This document shows positions 24,965 to 34,415 of a stretch of DNA of 52,257 nt, piece by piece. The notes under the pieces were generated by a model, which was given only the letters and a program-made list of their open reading frames with translations, was not told the DNA's origin and searched no databases. The stretch spans positions 1 to 52,257 of IMG/VR virus record IMGVR_UViG_3300005253_000273, one strand, 5' to 3'. This DNA is from a virus. Lineage: Duplodnaviria > Caudoviricetes. The number at the start of each line of letters is the position of its first letter. The first letter of the stretch is position 1. Both the position numbers and the translations under genes were made by a program.

Positions 24965-27039
24965 TAGGCTCCTATGACCCCATGTGTCTTTAAGTCTACA
25001 ATTAAAGCTCTCAGAGCTTGTGATGTATCGGAGAGCGAGGCGTCGCCAAAGTTTGTTCGTATTTCTACTCCGGTGGTTGCAGCCCAACCAGTTTGACGAG
25101 CTGTGATTACTTGAGTTCCTTGGCGATAGAGTTCAGTTTTCATATTGATGGAACCAACACCTTTACCGCTTCCAGTAGCGTTGGAGATAATCAGACCGCC
25201 GTTGAGCCACATTTCCAACGTCCTTACAGCACTTTGCAGAGTATAAAACTCCATGTCACCAGTTCGTGTAGCGTTGGTAGCATCAATGATCGCTGATTGA
25301 ATTTCTGCATATGTGACCTCATTACTAGTGTCAGTTCTTCCTTCAAATGTTCGTTTACCCAAGATATCGTTATCAGCTGCTGTTGTACTAACACGCTTCA
25401 GCGACTCAATCGGTCCAGCAGCAGCACTATCATCAAAGCTCATGTACTCAAGAGTTGTGCCGTTCCAACGCTGTACTATATTGTTTGAGCCAGAACTTAC
25501 TAAGATAGGAGTATCACCATTAAATCCCCAGAATTGATTGTCGTCAGAATTTGTGTCGAATAAAATATCTTTGGAACCAGAGCCAATTGCACGACAATTG
25601 AAGAATTTATTGTTGGAACTTGCTGCCTGAATCCAGTAAGCAAATGTGGGTGCGTTAACAACGAGACAGTTGGTAAAACTATTGTTATCTGATCCAGTAG
25701 ATACACTGATTCCAGTTGATCCTGCTTCTGGGTTGTGTGCTTGTAAATTTACGAAGTTATTCCAGTCGCAACGATCAAACTTCAAAGACCTGCCAGCTGC
25801 CCCTACTGAAGTCATATTAGATACATTGCAATAAGCAGAACCATTCATCTGTGGACCAAATCCAGACGGTTGAGAACTTTGAATGTTGTCAATAATTGAG
25901 TTGGATAAACCCATTTGGATATCTGATTGTCCACTGGAACCACAATCATCCAAGATGATATTATTAATGCGACAGTTGTATCCAATCTGCGGACGAATGG
26001 CAGAGCCGGTAGTTCCTTTGCACCAGATATTTTCAATAGTTGCGTTTACAATGTGGGTACATTTAATGAGATTACTATTTGTTCCTGTATTGTTATTTCC
26101 GTCTAAAGTAAGATTGCGAATTGAGAAATTACTTACTGGAGTCATTGGGGCAATAGTCGCAGTATTAGCTGTAGTGAAATCGACTGCGATTGGATCATTA
26201 ACGGTGATGACACCAGATGCTGTGCTGACAACTTTCACGGTTTGTCTATCACCGGGAGTGTCTAAGAAATGTGCGTATCCGCTAGCTGTAAATCCTGATT
26301 CATCTCCTCCAGCAACTGCAATTGTTATATCTCCAATCAATGAATTAGCTGTAAGATTGACAGCAGTTCCGAGGGTTCCAGTGAAAGTTAATCCAGTGAG
26401 AGCAGAAGCTCCACCTTCCAGCATGAGAATTGTTGAAGGACCGACACCTTCAATTGTGATATTAGATTTTCCAGTCACGTTTGCATCGATAGAATAAGTT
26501 TGTCCTGCCAGTAAGACTCTGCCCCCAGATACTGGAAGTGCGTCAATTGCTGCTTGAATCGCTGCTGAGTCGTTTCCAGCTACCAGTTGGTAGGGATGAG
26601 GATTCTGAGTTCTATGGTCGTCTACATTGGTGATTGAACCACTGGCTGTAGTGACTTTCATCAAGATTGTAGAATCGGTGGGAGGAGTTGGCTTTGAGCC
26701 AGAGCCAGTATTGCGGAACAGGTAATGAGTCCCACTCTCACGAGTCCAGTCAGTAATTGCTGTAGTCGTGTCTTTGTGACAGATTACCCAGATATGGGTA
26801 GCGTCATCGGGATAGGTGATGGAGCCAGTTTCTGTGATGAAGTGGCCTCCGGGATAGGCTGTCAGAGAAGTTGGAGTATGAGTCAAACTTGCAATAGTGG
26901 CCCCAAGACCACCAGTAGCTACGAATGATTGATGGATGTCTTTGAAGCGATCTGCGTCTTCCTCCAAGAGGAAGGTATCCAAGGTATTGAAGAATGAACT
27001 ACCTTCTACTGGGCGTGGATTTATTGTTGTAGCTGTCAT
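24964..27039 (-). CDS. tailspike with right-handed beta-helix (depolymerase-like)
   Basis: DSAAIQAAIDALP..GGRV pectate-lyase-like entry motif, Asn/Ser ladder repeats, virion-anchoring N-domain. Confidence 0.8.
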   Translation of the reverse strand: MTATTINPRPVEGSSFFNTLDTFLLEEDADRFKDIHQSFVATGGLGATIASLTHTPTSLTAYPGGHFITETGSITYPDDATHIWVICHKDTTTAITDWTRESGTHYLFRNTGSGSKPTPPTDSTILMKVTTASGSITNVDDHRTQNPHPYQLVAGNDSAAIQAAIDALPVSGGRVLLAGQTYSIDANVTGKSNITIEGVGPSTILMLEGGASALTGLTFTGTLGTAVNLTANSLIGDITIAVAGGDESGFTASGYAHFLDTPGDRQTVKVVSTASGVITVNDPIAVDFTTANTATIAPMTPVSNFSIRNLTLDGNNNTGTNSNLIKCTHIVNATIENIWCKGTTGSAIRPQIGYNCRINNIILDDCGSSGQSDIQMGLSNSIIDNIQSSQPSGFGPQMNGSAYCNVSNMTSVGAAGRSLKFDRCDWNNFVNLQAHNPEAGSTGISVSTGSDNNSFTNCLVVNAPTFAYWIQAASSNNKFFNCRAIGSGSKDILFDTNSDDNQFWGFNGDTPILVSSGSNNIVQRWNGTTLEYMSFDDSAAAGPIESLKRVSTTAADNDILGKRTFEGRTDTSNEVTYAEIQSAIIDATNATRTGDMEFYTLQSAVRTLEMWLNGGLIISNATGSGKGVGSINMKTELYRQGTQVITARQTGWAATTGVEIRTNFGDASLSDTSQALRALIVDLKTHGVIGA

Positions 27040-28499
27040 AGTTTAATTATCCAGCTTAAAGATACCCAAGGTGGCATGTTTTCGTGGGCTGTGTCACTTC
27101 CAGTACTGCCAGTTTGTGGAGTAGTAAGTAAATTGTCCGCTGTATTTGATCCAGCCACTGCCCCACCGGTATCATTATATTTATTTTCTGTGTGAGTGTG
27201 TGCTGCCAGTTCTGCAACTGTTAACACATGAGTCTCCTCACCACCCGTATCACCATGAGTCGTCATGGCTGTACCGCCTGTACCAACTGCCATCATTCCT
27301 TGCAGGTCTGGAAGTGTGATAGTCTTGTCAGCCGCAAAGTCAGCTGCTGCACTTGCTCCACGACCAGTGGAGACTGCTGCTTGAGCGTCCGCCATGTTAT
27401 CCCACAACAGAGTAAAGAGTTGCTCTGTATCAGTATTTGCTCGTTCAGTTCCCCCAGAAGAACCATTACCAATTGTGTTTCCGTTCGCATGAATCCAAGC
27501 ATCGGGAGGAACTGCTGCAAAAGTACCGATCCAAGGAATAGTCATTCCAGTTGGAACAATAAGAGACACCTTGATCTTACGTTTCTTTTCTCCTGTTTGG
27601 GAATTATCTTCTATGATAAGTTCATCATCTGGAGTATCAAGATTAGAAGTAGTTTCAGTTGTTCCCGTAATGTCGAGAACAACTCCATTTGCATTAAGTG
27701 CTACTCCACCATTTGCAATCGTGTTTACTCGAAGTTTTCCCCCGGTAAATTCCATTCCAGAGGTAGTTGACAAATCCAGATCGTAGAGTAAGTCTTCATT
27801 ACCGAATGCGTTCTGGACTGTCTCTTTGATTCCGTCTCCTGCCGTGATCTTGTCTTCAAGAAATCCTGCTGTCGTGTCGTTTGCACTGACTACGGTTTTT
27901 GCGTCTGCTACGATTGTAATAGTTTCATCTGCTCCGGGGTTGGTTTCTGTAAGTGCAATACCAGAGCCAGCAGCTAACTTACTCAGAAGAAAGTTGGCAG
28001 TTGTATCGTCTGATGAGACCTTTACTTTGAACACATCATTCTGGACCGCAAATGCTGAAAGATTCCTGAGATCGGTGACTGTGGTTATTGATCCACCAGA
28101 AGTGACTACATCCATCAAGATCAATCCGCCAGCAGGAATTGTAGGCTGGGATGCAGAAACAGGATCAAAGAGGTAGTGGGTTCCAGAGACTCGAATCCAA
28201 TCTCCTCCAACAACTGTAGTCGTGTCTTTGAAGATGATTACCCAGTGGTGGGCTGTATTATCGTTGTAGACGATTACTCCGGTTTCATTGACGTAGAAAC
28301 CTTGAGGGAAGGCTGTAGTGTCTCCGGGGTCTCCTGTGAGAGAACCTCCTGTACCGTGGAGACCGTTTTCGACTACAAAAGGATTAAGGATCAGATCAAA
28401 TCGTTCTGCATCCTCTTCAGCTAAGAATGTCTGGAGATCAGCGTTGAAACTGGCTGTCCCAGCATCAGGAAGAGTATTGATTGTAGAGGTATCTACCAT
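27036..28499 (-). CDS. tail fibre with collar domain
   Basis: VPTGMTIPW, W..ANG, LPDLQG, GGEETHVLT..ELAAHTH, HENMPP...WIIK collar/tip motifs. Confidence 0.85.
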   Translation of the reverse strand: MVDTSTINTLPDAGTASFNADLQTFLAEEDAERFDLILNPFVVENGLHGTGGSLTGDPGDTTAFPQGFYVNETGVIVYNDNTAHHWVIIFKDTTTVVGGDWIRVSGTHYLFDPVSASQPTIPAGGLILMDVVTSGGSITTVTDLRNLSAFAVQNDVFKVKVSSDDTTANFLLSKLAAGSGIALTETNPGADETITIVADAKTVVSANDTTAGFLEDKITAGDGIKETVQNAFGNEDLLYDLDLSTTSGMEFTGGKLRVNTIANGGVALNANGVVLDITGTTETTSNLDTPDDELIIEDNSQTGEKKRKIKVSLIVPTGMTIPWIGTFAAVPPDAWIHANGNTIGNGSSGGTERANTDTEQLFTLLWDNMADAQAAVSTGRGASAAADFAADKTITLPDLQGMMAVGTGGTAMTTHGDTGGEETHVLTVAELAAHTHTENKYNDTGGAVAGSNTADNLLTTPQTGSTGSDTAHENMPPWVSLSWIIKL

Positions 28500-28888
28500 T
28501 ACTGATTATTCCATTCATCGACTTGGATTTCGTGTAGATCTATAACATGATTAAGCTCTACAACATGCTTTGTAACAAGGAGAAAGTCGTCCTGAGTTAG
28601 GCAACTTCTGGACTCAGATGTATGATCCCAGATAACGGCTGGACGACAGATGTAGTTTTCATGCTCTGGATTGACCATACAAGCTTCTCCAAGAGCTTTC
28701 AGTTTTTTACAAACCTCAGAACCGTTCTGAACCCATTCACAGATTTCAGGGAACTTTGAGGGCCTCTCAAACTTCTCAAGTCTTGGGAGGCTTGTCGTTC
28801 CACATCCTACAAGCACGCTCAAAATCAGAAGCAGCAGACAGATCCTTTTTATGCTCCAATTCTTTTTCAGCGACGGCTTCATCAACAT
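28499..28888 (-). CDS. lipoprotein, o-spanin-like
   Basis: LLILSVLVG|C lipobox; overlaps the 3' end of the upstream membrane gene; exact start uncertain. Confidence 0.5.
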   Translation of the reverse strand: MLMKPSLKKNWSIKRICLLLLILSVLVGCGTTSLPRLEKFERPSKFPEICEWVQNGSEVCKKLKALGEACMVNPEHENYICRPAVIWDHTSESRSCLTQDDFLLVTKHVVELNHVIDLHEIQVDEWNNQ

Positions 28889-29015
28889 TCTCCTGTATTT
28901 TAGTGGCCTTCTTGAGATTCTTGAACTTCTCCTTGGAAACCTTCAAATTAGAGATATACCAAATAGCAAGTCCCATGAACAATAAAATCCCACCAAGAAT
29001 ATAAAGGTCACTCAT
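28776..29015 (-). CDS. i-spanin-like membrane protein
   Basis: N-terminal TM followed by charged helix; overlaps the lipoprotein gene. Confidence 0.5.
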   Translation of the reverse strand: MSDLYILGGILLFMGLAIWYISNLKVSKEKFKNLKKATKIQENVDEAVAEKELEHKKDLSAASDFERACRMWNDKPPKT

Positions 29016-29121
29016 TTCTTTTTACCTTCTCATAATCCTTATACATTCGATAAATTACAAAGAGGAATGGAGCACAGAGAGCCAGAAATAGAGCAAGATA
29101 TTCCCAACCCTTACTTTGCAT
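29008..29121 (-). CDS. small membrane protein
   Basis: Hand translation MQSKGWEYLALFLALCAPFLFVIYRMYK...; coupled to neighbours. Confidence 0.45.
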   Translation of the reverse strand: MQSKGWEYLALFLALCAPFLFVIYRMYKDYEKVKRNE

Positions 29122-29278
29122 CTTCCTTGTCTTCGGATTCCTCGGATTTCTTCTCAAGTTCTATTGTAGTCTTGTCCCCTTCCTTAGAGAAGCCAAAGTC
29201 CCAATTCTTGACTTTGTCACAACCTTGAGAAAGAGTAAGAACGAATGCAATTACGAAGATCAGAAATAATCTACTCAT
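29111..29278 (-). CDS. small lipoprotein
   Basis: MSRLFLIFVIAFVLTLSQG|C; TAATG coupling; GGAGG RBS. Confidence 0.6.
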   Translation of the reverse strand: MSRLFLIFVIAFVLTLSQGCDKVKNWDFGFSKEGDKTTIELEKKSEESEDKEDAK

Positions 29279-29454
29279 TACTTTACCTCCATTTTAGCCA
29301 TTCCAGCTCTGATTGAACCTCCAAGCAGGGTTACATCTATCCACCATATCCAATCTGGAAGAACCCAACCCAAACTCTGACCAATACCAAGTACCCCGGT
29401 AGCAATCATCATAATGTAAGTTTTTTTACCTTTTAGCTTTTCCATTATATCCAT
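29278..29454 (-). CDS. holin-like protein
   Basis: MDIMEKLKGKKTYIMMIATGVLG... with two hydrophobic segments; LKGKKTY start typical of small phage holins. Confidence 0.6.
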   Translation of the reverse strand: MDIMEKLKGKKTYIMMIATGVLGIGQSLGWVLPDWIWWIDVTLLGGSIRAGMAKMEVK

Positions 29455-29819
29455 TACGTTCCACCTCCTAAACCTTGAATGTTAGCAGTTGATCCTGATG
29501 TGTTTTCCAATGATGCGTTTGATGTTCCTGCACCTGCATCAATGTCTACGTCTAAAAGCAAGAGAAGACCACCAGCATTGAGGACGATACCTGCATCAGT
29601 TTGACCATCCAAGCGGACAGTGACTTGCTGATCCGATTCAAGGAGGAGTGCTTGAATCTCAGCTAACTGATCGAGGGGTATTGCAGTAAAGCCTGCCCCG
29701 GTGGCCTTCTCGTATTTGAATTGTTGGTTTTCATCCACCTCCAACCGCCTGATCTTTGGGTATCCAGGAAGACTGCGAGAATCCAGTTCTACATTGACCG
29801 TAACCTTGAACGTAGACAT
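29454..29819 (-). CDS. virion structural protein (hypothetical)
   Basis: Beta-rich 121 aa in the late operon. Confidence 0.6.
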   Translation of the reverse strand: MSTFKVTVNVELDSRSLPGYPKIRRLEVDENQQFKYEKATGAGFTAIPLDQLAEIQALLLESDQQVTVRLDGQTDAGIVLNAGGLLLLLDVDIDAGAGTSNASLENTSGSTANIQGLGGGT

Positions 29820-29953
29820 CAGCGTTTCCTTGTCAGACGGACTGGTTGGCCGCTGCGAGAAGGCTTGACTGTATTAGTTGGTCGTGTCGGTGGATTGAAT
29901 TCACTTGATGGTGTTCTGGGTGGTTTGTTGACCAGTCCTTTTTTGATTGCCAT
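29819..29953 (-). CDS. small basic Pro-rich protein
   Basis: MAIKKGLVNKPPRTP...RLTRKR; AGGAG RBS; TGATG coupling. Confidence 0.55.
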   Translation of the reverse strand: MAIKKGLVNKPPRTPSSEFNPPTRPTNTVKPSRSGQPVRLTRKR

Positions 29954-29962
29954 GATTTTCTC

Positions 29963-30253
29963 CTATGCAAGTGTAATATAAAGAGTTCCATTATCAAGAG
30001 TCGGCACTTCAAATCCATTTACCCACCAGAGTGGTGGATTATACAAACTCTCCTCGACATAATTTGCCCCGGAGGCTGTAGTTTCCCAAAGAGTGGTATT
30101 GGTGGTTGGATCTCGAATTACCACTGCTTCGGCAGCCGCTGAAGTAGCACCACCAATCCATCTGATACTTTTGACTCGCATGTTTTTGTCGTCAATTACA
30201 TCAGCGTCTACTGTATCCACGACCCAGAGAGTATTATTCAATGCATTTACCAT
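29963..30253 (-). CDS. small virion structural protein (hypothetical)
   Basis: 96 aa beta-rich ORF with TAATG coupling. Confidence 0.6.
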   Translation of the reverse strand: MVNALNNTLWVVDTVDADVIDDKNMRVKSIRWIGGATSAAAEAVVIRDPTTNTTLWETTASGANYVEESLYNPPLWWVNGFEVPTLDNGTLYITLA

Positions 30254-30750
30254 TATCCTATTGCCTCTTTAAGTTTATTGATCTGATCGTCAATGGCTTT
30301 GAGTTGAGATTCTCGAAGTAGTATTTTGTCTTCCAGTTTTTGTAGTTCAATTCTTGCTGAGTCAAGCTTTCTTCGAACCATCTCGGATTCAGTTACCATA
30401 TTCTTCACCTCAGTTTCCAAGATTCCCAGCCTCTGTTTTTGATCCGCATCCACTCTTTTATTATGTTTTTCCCAAGCTTTGTCGATGGATTCCAAGTCCG
30501 ATCTCTGCTTCTCTTTAAACTTCTTATATTCAGTTCCAATCTCACCTTTAAGTCTTTCTTTTGCAACTTCCAGATGGGCCACAAGCTCTTCACGGTGTTT
30601 AATCTCTTTGTCCAAAGCGGCAATAATCTTCTCAGCTTCCATAGCCCCAGAGAAGATATCACGAAGAGCATTCAAGCCTGCATGCTGTTCGAGGAGATTG
30701 TGGACTGCGTTGTAGTTCTCTTTCATTGATTTCTTTTTTTCGCCTTTCAT
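30253..30750 (-). CDS. coiled-coil protein
   Basis: Heptad-rich 165 aa. Confidence 0.7.
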   Translation of the reverse strand: MKGEKKKSMKENYNAVHNLLEQHAGLNALRDIFSGAMEAEKIIAALDKEIKHREELVAHLEVAKERLKGEIGTEYKKFKEKQRSDLESIDKAWEKHNKRVDADQKQRLGILETEVKNMVTESEMVRRKLDSARIELQKLEDKILLRESQLKAIDDQINKLKEAIG

Positions 30751-30794
30751 AAGTACCTTTGTTCAAATATATTCAAAATTGATAAATTATGCAA

Positions 30795-30914
30795 CTAAGG
30801 ATTATTGGATGATCTGTGCCACTCTCTAGAACTGCGCTGAGAAAAGAAGTAGTCGAATAAGGCTACTGGAGCACCACCGCCAGCAAAACCCATGTTCATT
30901 AACCAGAGAAGCAT
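30795..30914 (-). CDS. small hypothetical peptide
   Basis: MLLWLMNMGFAGGG..., TAATG-coupled to the 820-aa gene. Confidence 0.4.
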   Translation of the reverse strand: MLLWLMNMGFAGGGAPVALFDYFFSQRSSREWHRSSNNP

Positions 30915-33376
30915 TATGCGAACCCCAAGTTGACAATCACTTCATTATCTCCTGAAACACCAGCATCATTATCCGCTACTCCTGTCGTAGCTGCAATAGT
31001 AATCGCTGTCGTGAATTCAATTCCATTGGGAATTGACAACGTAAAACCAGCTCCATTGGCATCTCCCGGACTTGGAATAGGGAATGTAAGATCGGGTACT
31101 GTGGTGCCGACAATTACTGATGCAACTGTAGCATTATAGAATTTTAGGTACCTGGGAGTAGTTGCAAGATTTATTGCATGTATCCAATACACTTGACCTG
31201 CGGTAGCTTTGACTGCATCTTCGGTCTGGTCTACATCAATATTTTTGTAAAGTGTTGTTCCCCCCGAAGTTCTTGCGCCGCTCAATCCAACATCACCTAC
31301 AAGACTACTACTAGTTTGGAGAGTAGCTTGAGTTGCAAAAGTTCCTCCGTTGTCCACAGTGATATCGTTTCCACCATCTTGAATGTTGACGGCAGCACCC
31401 GCTGCTCCATTATCTATTGTAACATTATGACCATCAGGTAGTTGACCTGCATTGATTGCAGCTAAATTGACATCATCCGTGGAAATGGAAACTCTTTGTG
31501 TTTCAGCTCCGGCATTACCTGCTCCAATATCCAATCCGTCCGAAACTTCTTGAACGGACATCTTCAAGTTACCGGCAACTGTAGCCTGTATGTTTACAAA
31601 GCTGGTACCGTTGAATGCGGAAATAACCGCACGTATTGTATTCGCCAGAGAGGCATCAGTCAGAACGTCATCAAGTCTCTGATGGTTTGTAGTAACTCCA
31701 GCTCCCCAACAATCTGTCTGTATTTGAAGATCAGTGGCCCCCGCTGTTGTTTTTGATATGTCTACAGTAATGGGTAAGTCGGCAGTACGAATAGAAGGAT
31801 TTGCTTGAAGATTTGGGTATAAAGTTCTATGAAATATAACCCAATGACCATCTGGAGCCATTGCCTCAAAACAAGTTGGAGCTGATCCCAACCAGCCAAA
31901 ACGAATACGATAGACATTGAGTTTAGTCAAGTCTATAGCTTCTGGTGTACCATCACGTGTAAATAGACTTGAAGCATCTCCCGTTAAATCATCATCACTG
32001 AAAGAGGCTTTTGCTACTGTAACATCTACAGCGTTATTTCTAGTAGTTACGCCAAATGAGGTTCCTTCAAATCCGATGAAGAATCCGTTGTTGGTATTGT
32101 AGAGTCCAATTCGCTCATAACTGCTGGCAACTCCTGCCGTGAAACGGGCAGTCCATACCATATAAACTTCAGCACCACTTCGGTAGATTACATTGGTTTC
32201 ACTGACTCCTTTAGAGGAGGCTGTTGTGTCCGCGCCACTGGAGAATAAAGCACCGCCTATATTTGAAATAGCTGTGCCGCTCCCAGTAGTTGAAACAGTT
32301 ACGAGGTTCTGCGGGGTATCCCGAAAGAATTGAACATCAACTTGATTATTTAGATTTCCAATAGTCAAACGACCAAAAGTATCATAAGTTCCAGGACCGG
32401 GAGGACCATTTGCTGTAACTACGTTGAGGTCTCCTGCAGGAGTTACAAGAGCTTGATCCGTACCGTCACCTATTTGAACATTGACAGGAGTTCCAGTTGG
32501 TGCGTCTACTGTTAGTGAATTTCCGCCGTCTTGAACATTAACCGCACTTGCTCCAGCAACATTATCCACAGTCACGTCATGTCCCGCTGTAAGTTGATTC
32601 GCGGAGGTGGCAGCACCTGCGGGCAACGGAAGAGAAGCTGCTGAGATAGGAACAAGATCGTCTGTAGCAACAGTAACTCTTTGAGTGCCTGCATCGCGTA
32701 CGCCTGTGTTCAACGAAGGAGCTACACCGTTTATTTCCTCCATAGATACTTTAAAGTTACCAGCTGTTGTAGCTTGTACCGGAACGAAATCACCCGTACC
32801 CGCAGCTTGAGCCATAGTGATTGATTTTGATAAGGTAGCTGACCTGTCAGGGTTCACGCTATCTACAAGGCGATGAATTGTAGTGCCGATGTAGACCGTG
32901 TGGAAGATAGTTTGTACGCGGAATGTTGTTTGACCTGTTCCGCCGTTAGTGTAATTTACGCGGAAATGTTGAGCAGCGATTGGAAATTGAAAGTGGCGTG
33001 CGCCGTCTGCGGCTGTGTATGTGAAACTCTCCATTTTGTCCCAATTCGAGTTATCAGTAGACCACTCAACAGTCATCCCGTCTGTTGCGCTGTCATGGGA
33101 TGAATCAAAAATAACTGCAACTGTTGAAAATTGGGAAACGTCTTCACTTGTGCCTGTGAAATTACCGCCAATTCCAAGAAGGGCTGTTGTGGAGTTGTCT
33201 GTTGAGATTGTGTTTTCTTGGCGAACAGGGAGTGGAGTTGCTGAAGATACATCTATTGCAGAACCATCTGCTCCGAATTGGACTTTGACACGTTGAACTT
33301 TGATCCCACCGCCAATGTCGTCCGTAGAGATAACATCACCACCAGTTCCTGCGTTGAGTTCTGTATTGTCTACCAT
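30914..33376 (-). CDS. large virion fibre-like protein with internal duplication and lectin-like domain
   Basis: Thr/Gly/Asp-rich; duplicated block QAT.AGN.K.S...TQRV...TDD...GH.VT.DN...AVN.QDGGN. Confidence 0.7.
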   Translation of the reverse strand: MVDNTELNAGTGGDVISTDDIGGGIKVQRVKVQFGADGSAIDVSSATPLPVRQENTISTDNSTTALLGIGGNFTGTSEDVSQFSTVAVIFDSSHDSATDGMTVEWSTDNSNWDKMESFTYTAADGARHFQFPIAAQHFRVNYTNGGTGQTTFRVQTIFHTVYIGTTIHRLVDSVNPDRSATLSKSITMAQAAGTGDFVPVQATTAGNFKVSMEEINGVAPSLNTGVRDAGTQRVTVATDDLVPISAASLPLPAGAATSANQLTAGHDVTVDNVAGASAVNVQDGGNSLTVDAPTGTPVNVQIGDGTDQALVTPAGDLNVVTANGPPGPGTYDTFGRLTIGNLNNQVDVQFFRDTPQNLVTVSTTGSGTAISNIGGALFSSGADTTASSKGVSETNVIYRSGAEVYMVWTARFTAGVASSYERIGLYNTNNGFFIGFEGTSFGVTTRNNAVDVTVAKASFSDDDLTGDASSLFTRDGTPEAIDLTKLNVYRIRFGWLGSAPTCFEAMAPDGHWVIFHRTLYPNLQANPSIRTADLPITVDISKTTAGATDLQIQTDCWGAGVTTNHQRLDDVLTDASLANTIRAVISAFNGTSFVNIQATVAGNLKMSVQEVSDGLDIGAGNAGAETQRVSISTDDVNLAAINAGQLPDGHNVTIDNGAAGAAVNIQDGGNDITVDNGGTFATQATLQTSSSLVGDVGLSGARTSGGTTLYKNIDVDQTEDAVKATAGQVYWIHAINLATTPRYLKFYNATVASVIVGTTVPDLTFPIPSPGDANGAGFTLSIPNGIEFTTAITIAATTGVADNDAGVSGDNEVIVNLGFA

Positions 33377-33377
33377 T

Positions 33378-33965
33378 CTATCTTCCCACGCCCGTTAGGA
33401 GTAGTGTACTAGATTGCAGAGTTGCTGTTGGTGCTGGCTGATTAAAAGGTAACTCTAAAACTTGATTTGGGGTAATTCCAACTGTTCGAGTAAACATACT
33501 ACCGGAATTTGAAAAAGCGAGCCTGAGAATAGCTTTGTCTCCCGCAGCAAAAGTCACTGAATTAACAAAGGGGAGAGTAACCGCTTGTAAACCAGAGTCT
33601 GTAGGAACACCTAAAGATGCTTCACTTACAATAGTTTCTTGATTAGCACAGCTTGAATTAATTCGGCATATAAAAGCATTTTCCAAAGTGACATCCATAT
33701 GCCCAGTAGTGAAGTTAAGGTTAAGTACTATATCATCCGTATCTGTTGGATTAATTACATCACTGGGGATAATAATCTCAAAAGAAAGCTCCTGTTGCCT
33801 ATCTGCGTTAGCAGCAACACTTGCCGTAAATTCCGTTGAACCCAACCCTACGCCAATCTCTGCTTGTTTACCTACTTCAACCGTCCCGCCAAGTCCTACG
33901 CAAGCGGCCTCATTGAGACCGCAAACTTGGGCGGTATCAGTTTGGTCATAATCGGTAGTAGCCAC
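33378..33965 (-). CDS. virion-associated beta-rich protein
   Basis: 195 aa; C-terminal LLLTGVG motif. Confidence 0.6.
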   Translation of the reverse strand: MATTDYDQTDTAQVCGLNEAACVGLGGTVEVGKQAEIGVGLGSTEFTASVAANADRQQELSFEIIIPSDVINPTDTDDIVLNLNFTTGHMDVTLENAFICRINSSCANQETIVSEASLGVPTDSGLQAVTLPFVNSVTFAAGDKAILRLAFSNSGSMFTRTVGITPNQVLELPFNQPAPTATLQSSTLLLTGVGR

Positions 33966-34321
33966 TATTCAGTCCAAATATGGTCAACTGCTTCCTTAGC
34001 AGTATTTTTCATCACAGCGTCAGGAACTTCCTTGCCACGCCAAACCCTTGCCCCCGGATAACGTATTTTTATTCCAGCTTCGGTGGTATTGCTACCAGAA
34101 CTCCAGATTTCACCCTCTGGATGGGGGGCTGTAAAATAATAGTCATGGCCTCCAAAGAAGCGGCGAGTAATGTCGTTAGGCGTGTCGGAGAACCGTCTAT
34201 AAACGCAAAACTCTATGACACCATCCAATGGTAAGTCGTCAAGGGTATGAGTCTTTGAATCGAAAACTTTCTTACCGTCATACCATACGCGCCAGCCTAA
34301 TATTTCTACAGTGATAGCCAT
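33965..34321 (-). CDS. hypothetical protein
   Basis: WRVWYDG...P.DGV...G.DYY...G..VPD. Confidence 0.7.
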   Translation of the reverse strand: MAITVEILGWRVWYDGKKVFDSKTHTLDDLPLDGVIEFCVYRRFSDTPNDITRRFFGGHDYYFTAPHPEGEIWSSGSNTTEAGIKIRYPGARVWRGKEVPDAVMKNTAKEAVDHIWTE

Positions 34322-34410
34322 TATCTGAACCTCAAGTAAGCAAGAAAAGCAGCACAGTCTCCGTCATAGACCATGCCACCCGGATCACCGTAGTAGATTC
34401 TCCATCTCAT
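34321..34410 (-). pseudogene. 29-codon remnant resembling the N-terminus of the next gene
   Basis: MRWRIYYGD...VYDG versus WRVWYDG..VFDS; TAATG coupling. Confidence 0.35.
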
Positions 34411-34415
34411 ACAGA

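Noticed and set aside
24964-28499. Diversity-generating retroelement or invertible tail-fibre cassette
   Set aside because: No reverse transcriptase or invertase, and no near-identical TR/VR pair; similarity is confined to diverged N-termini
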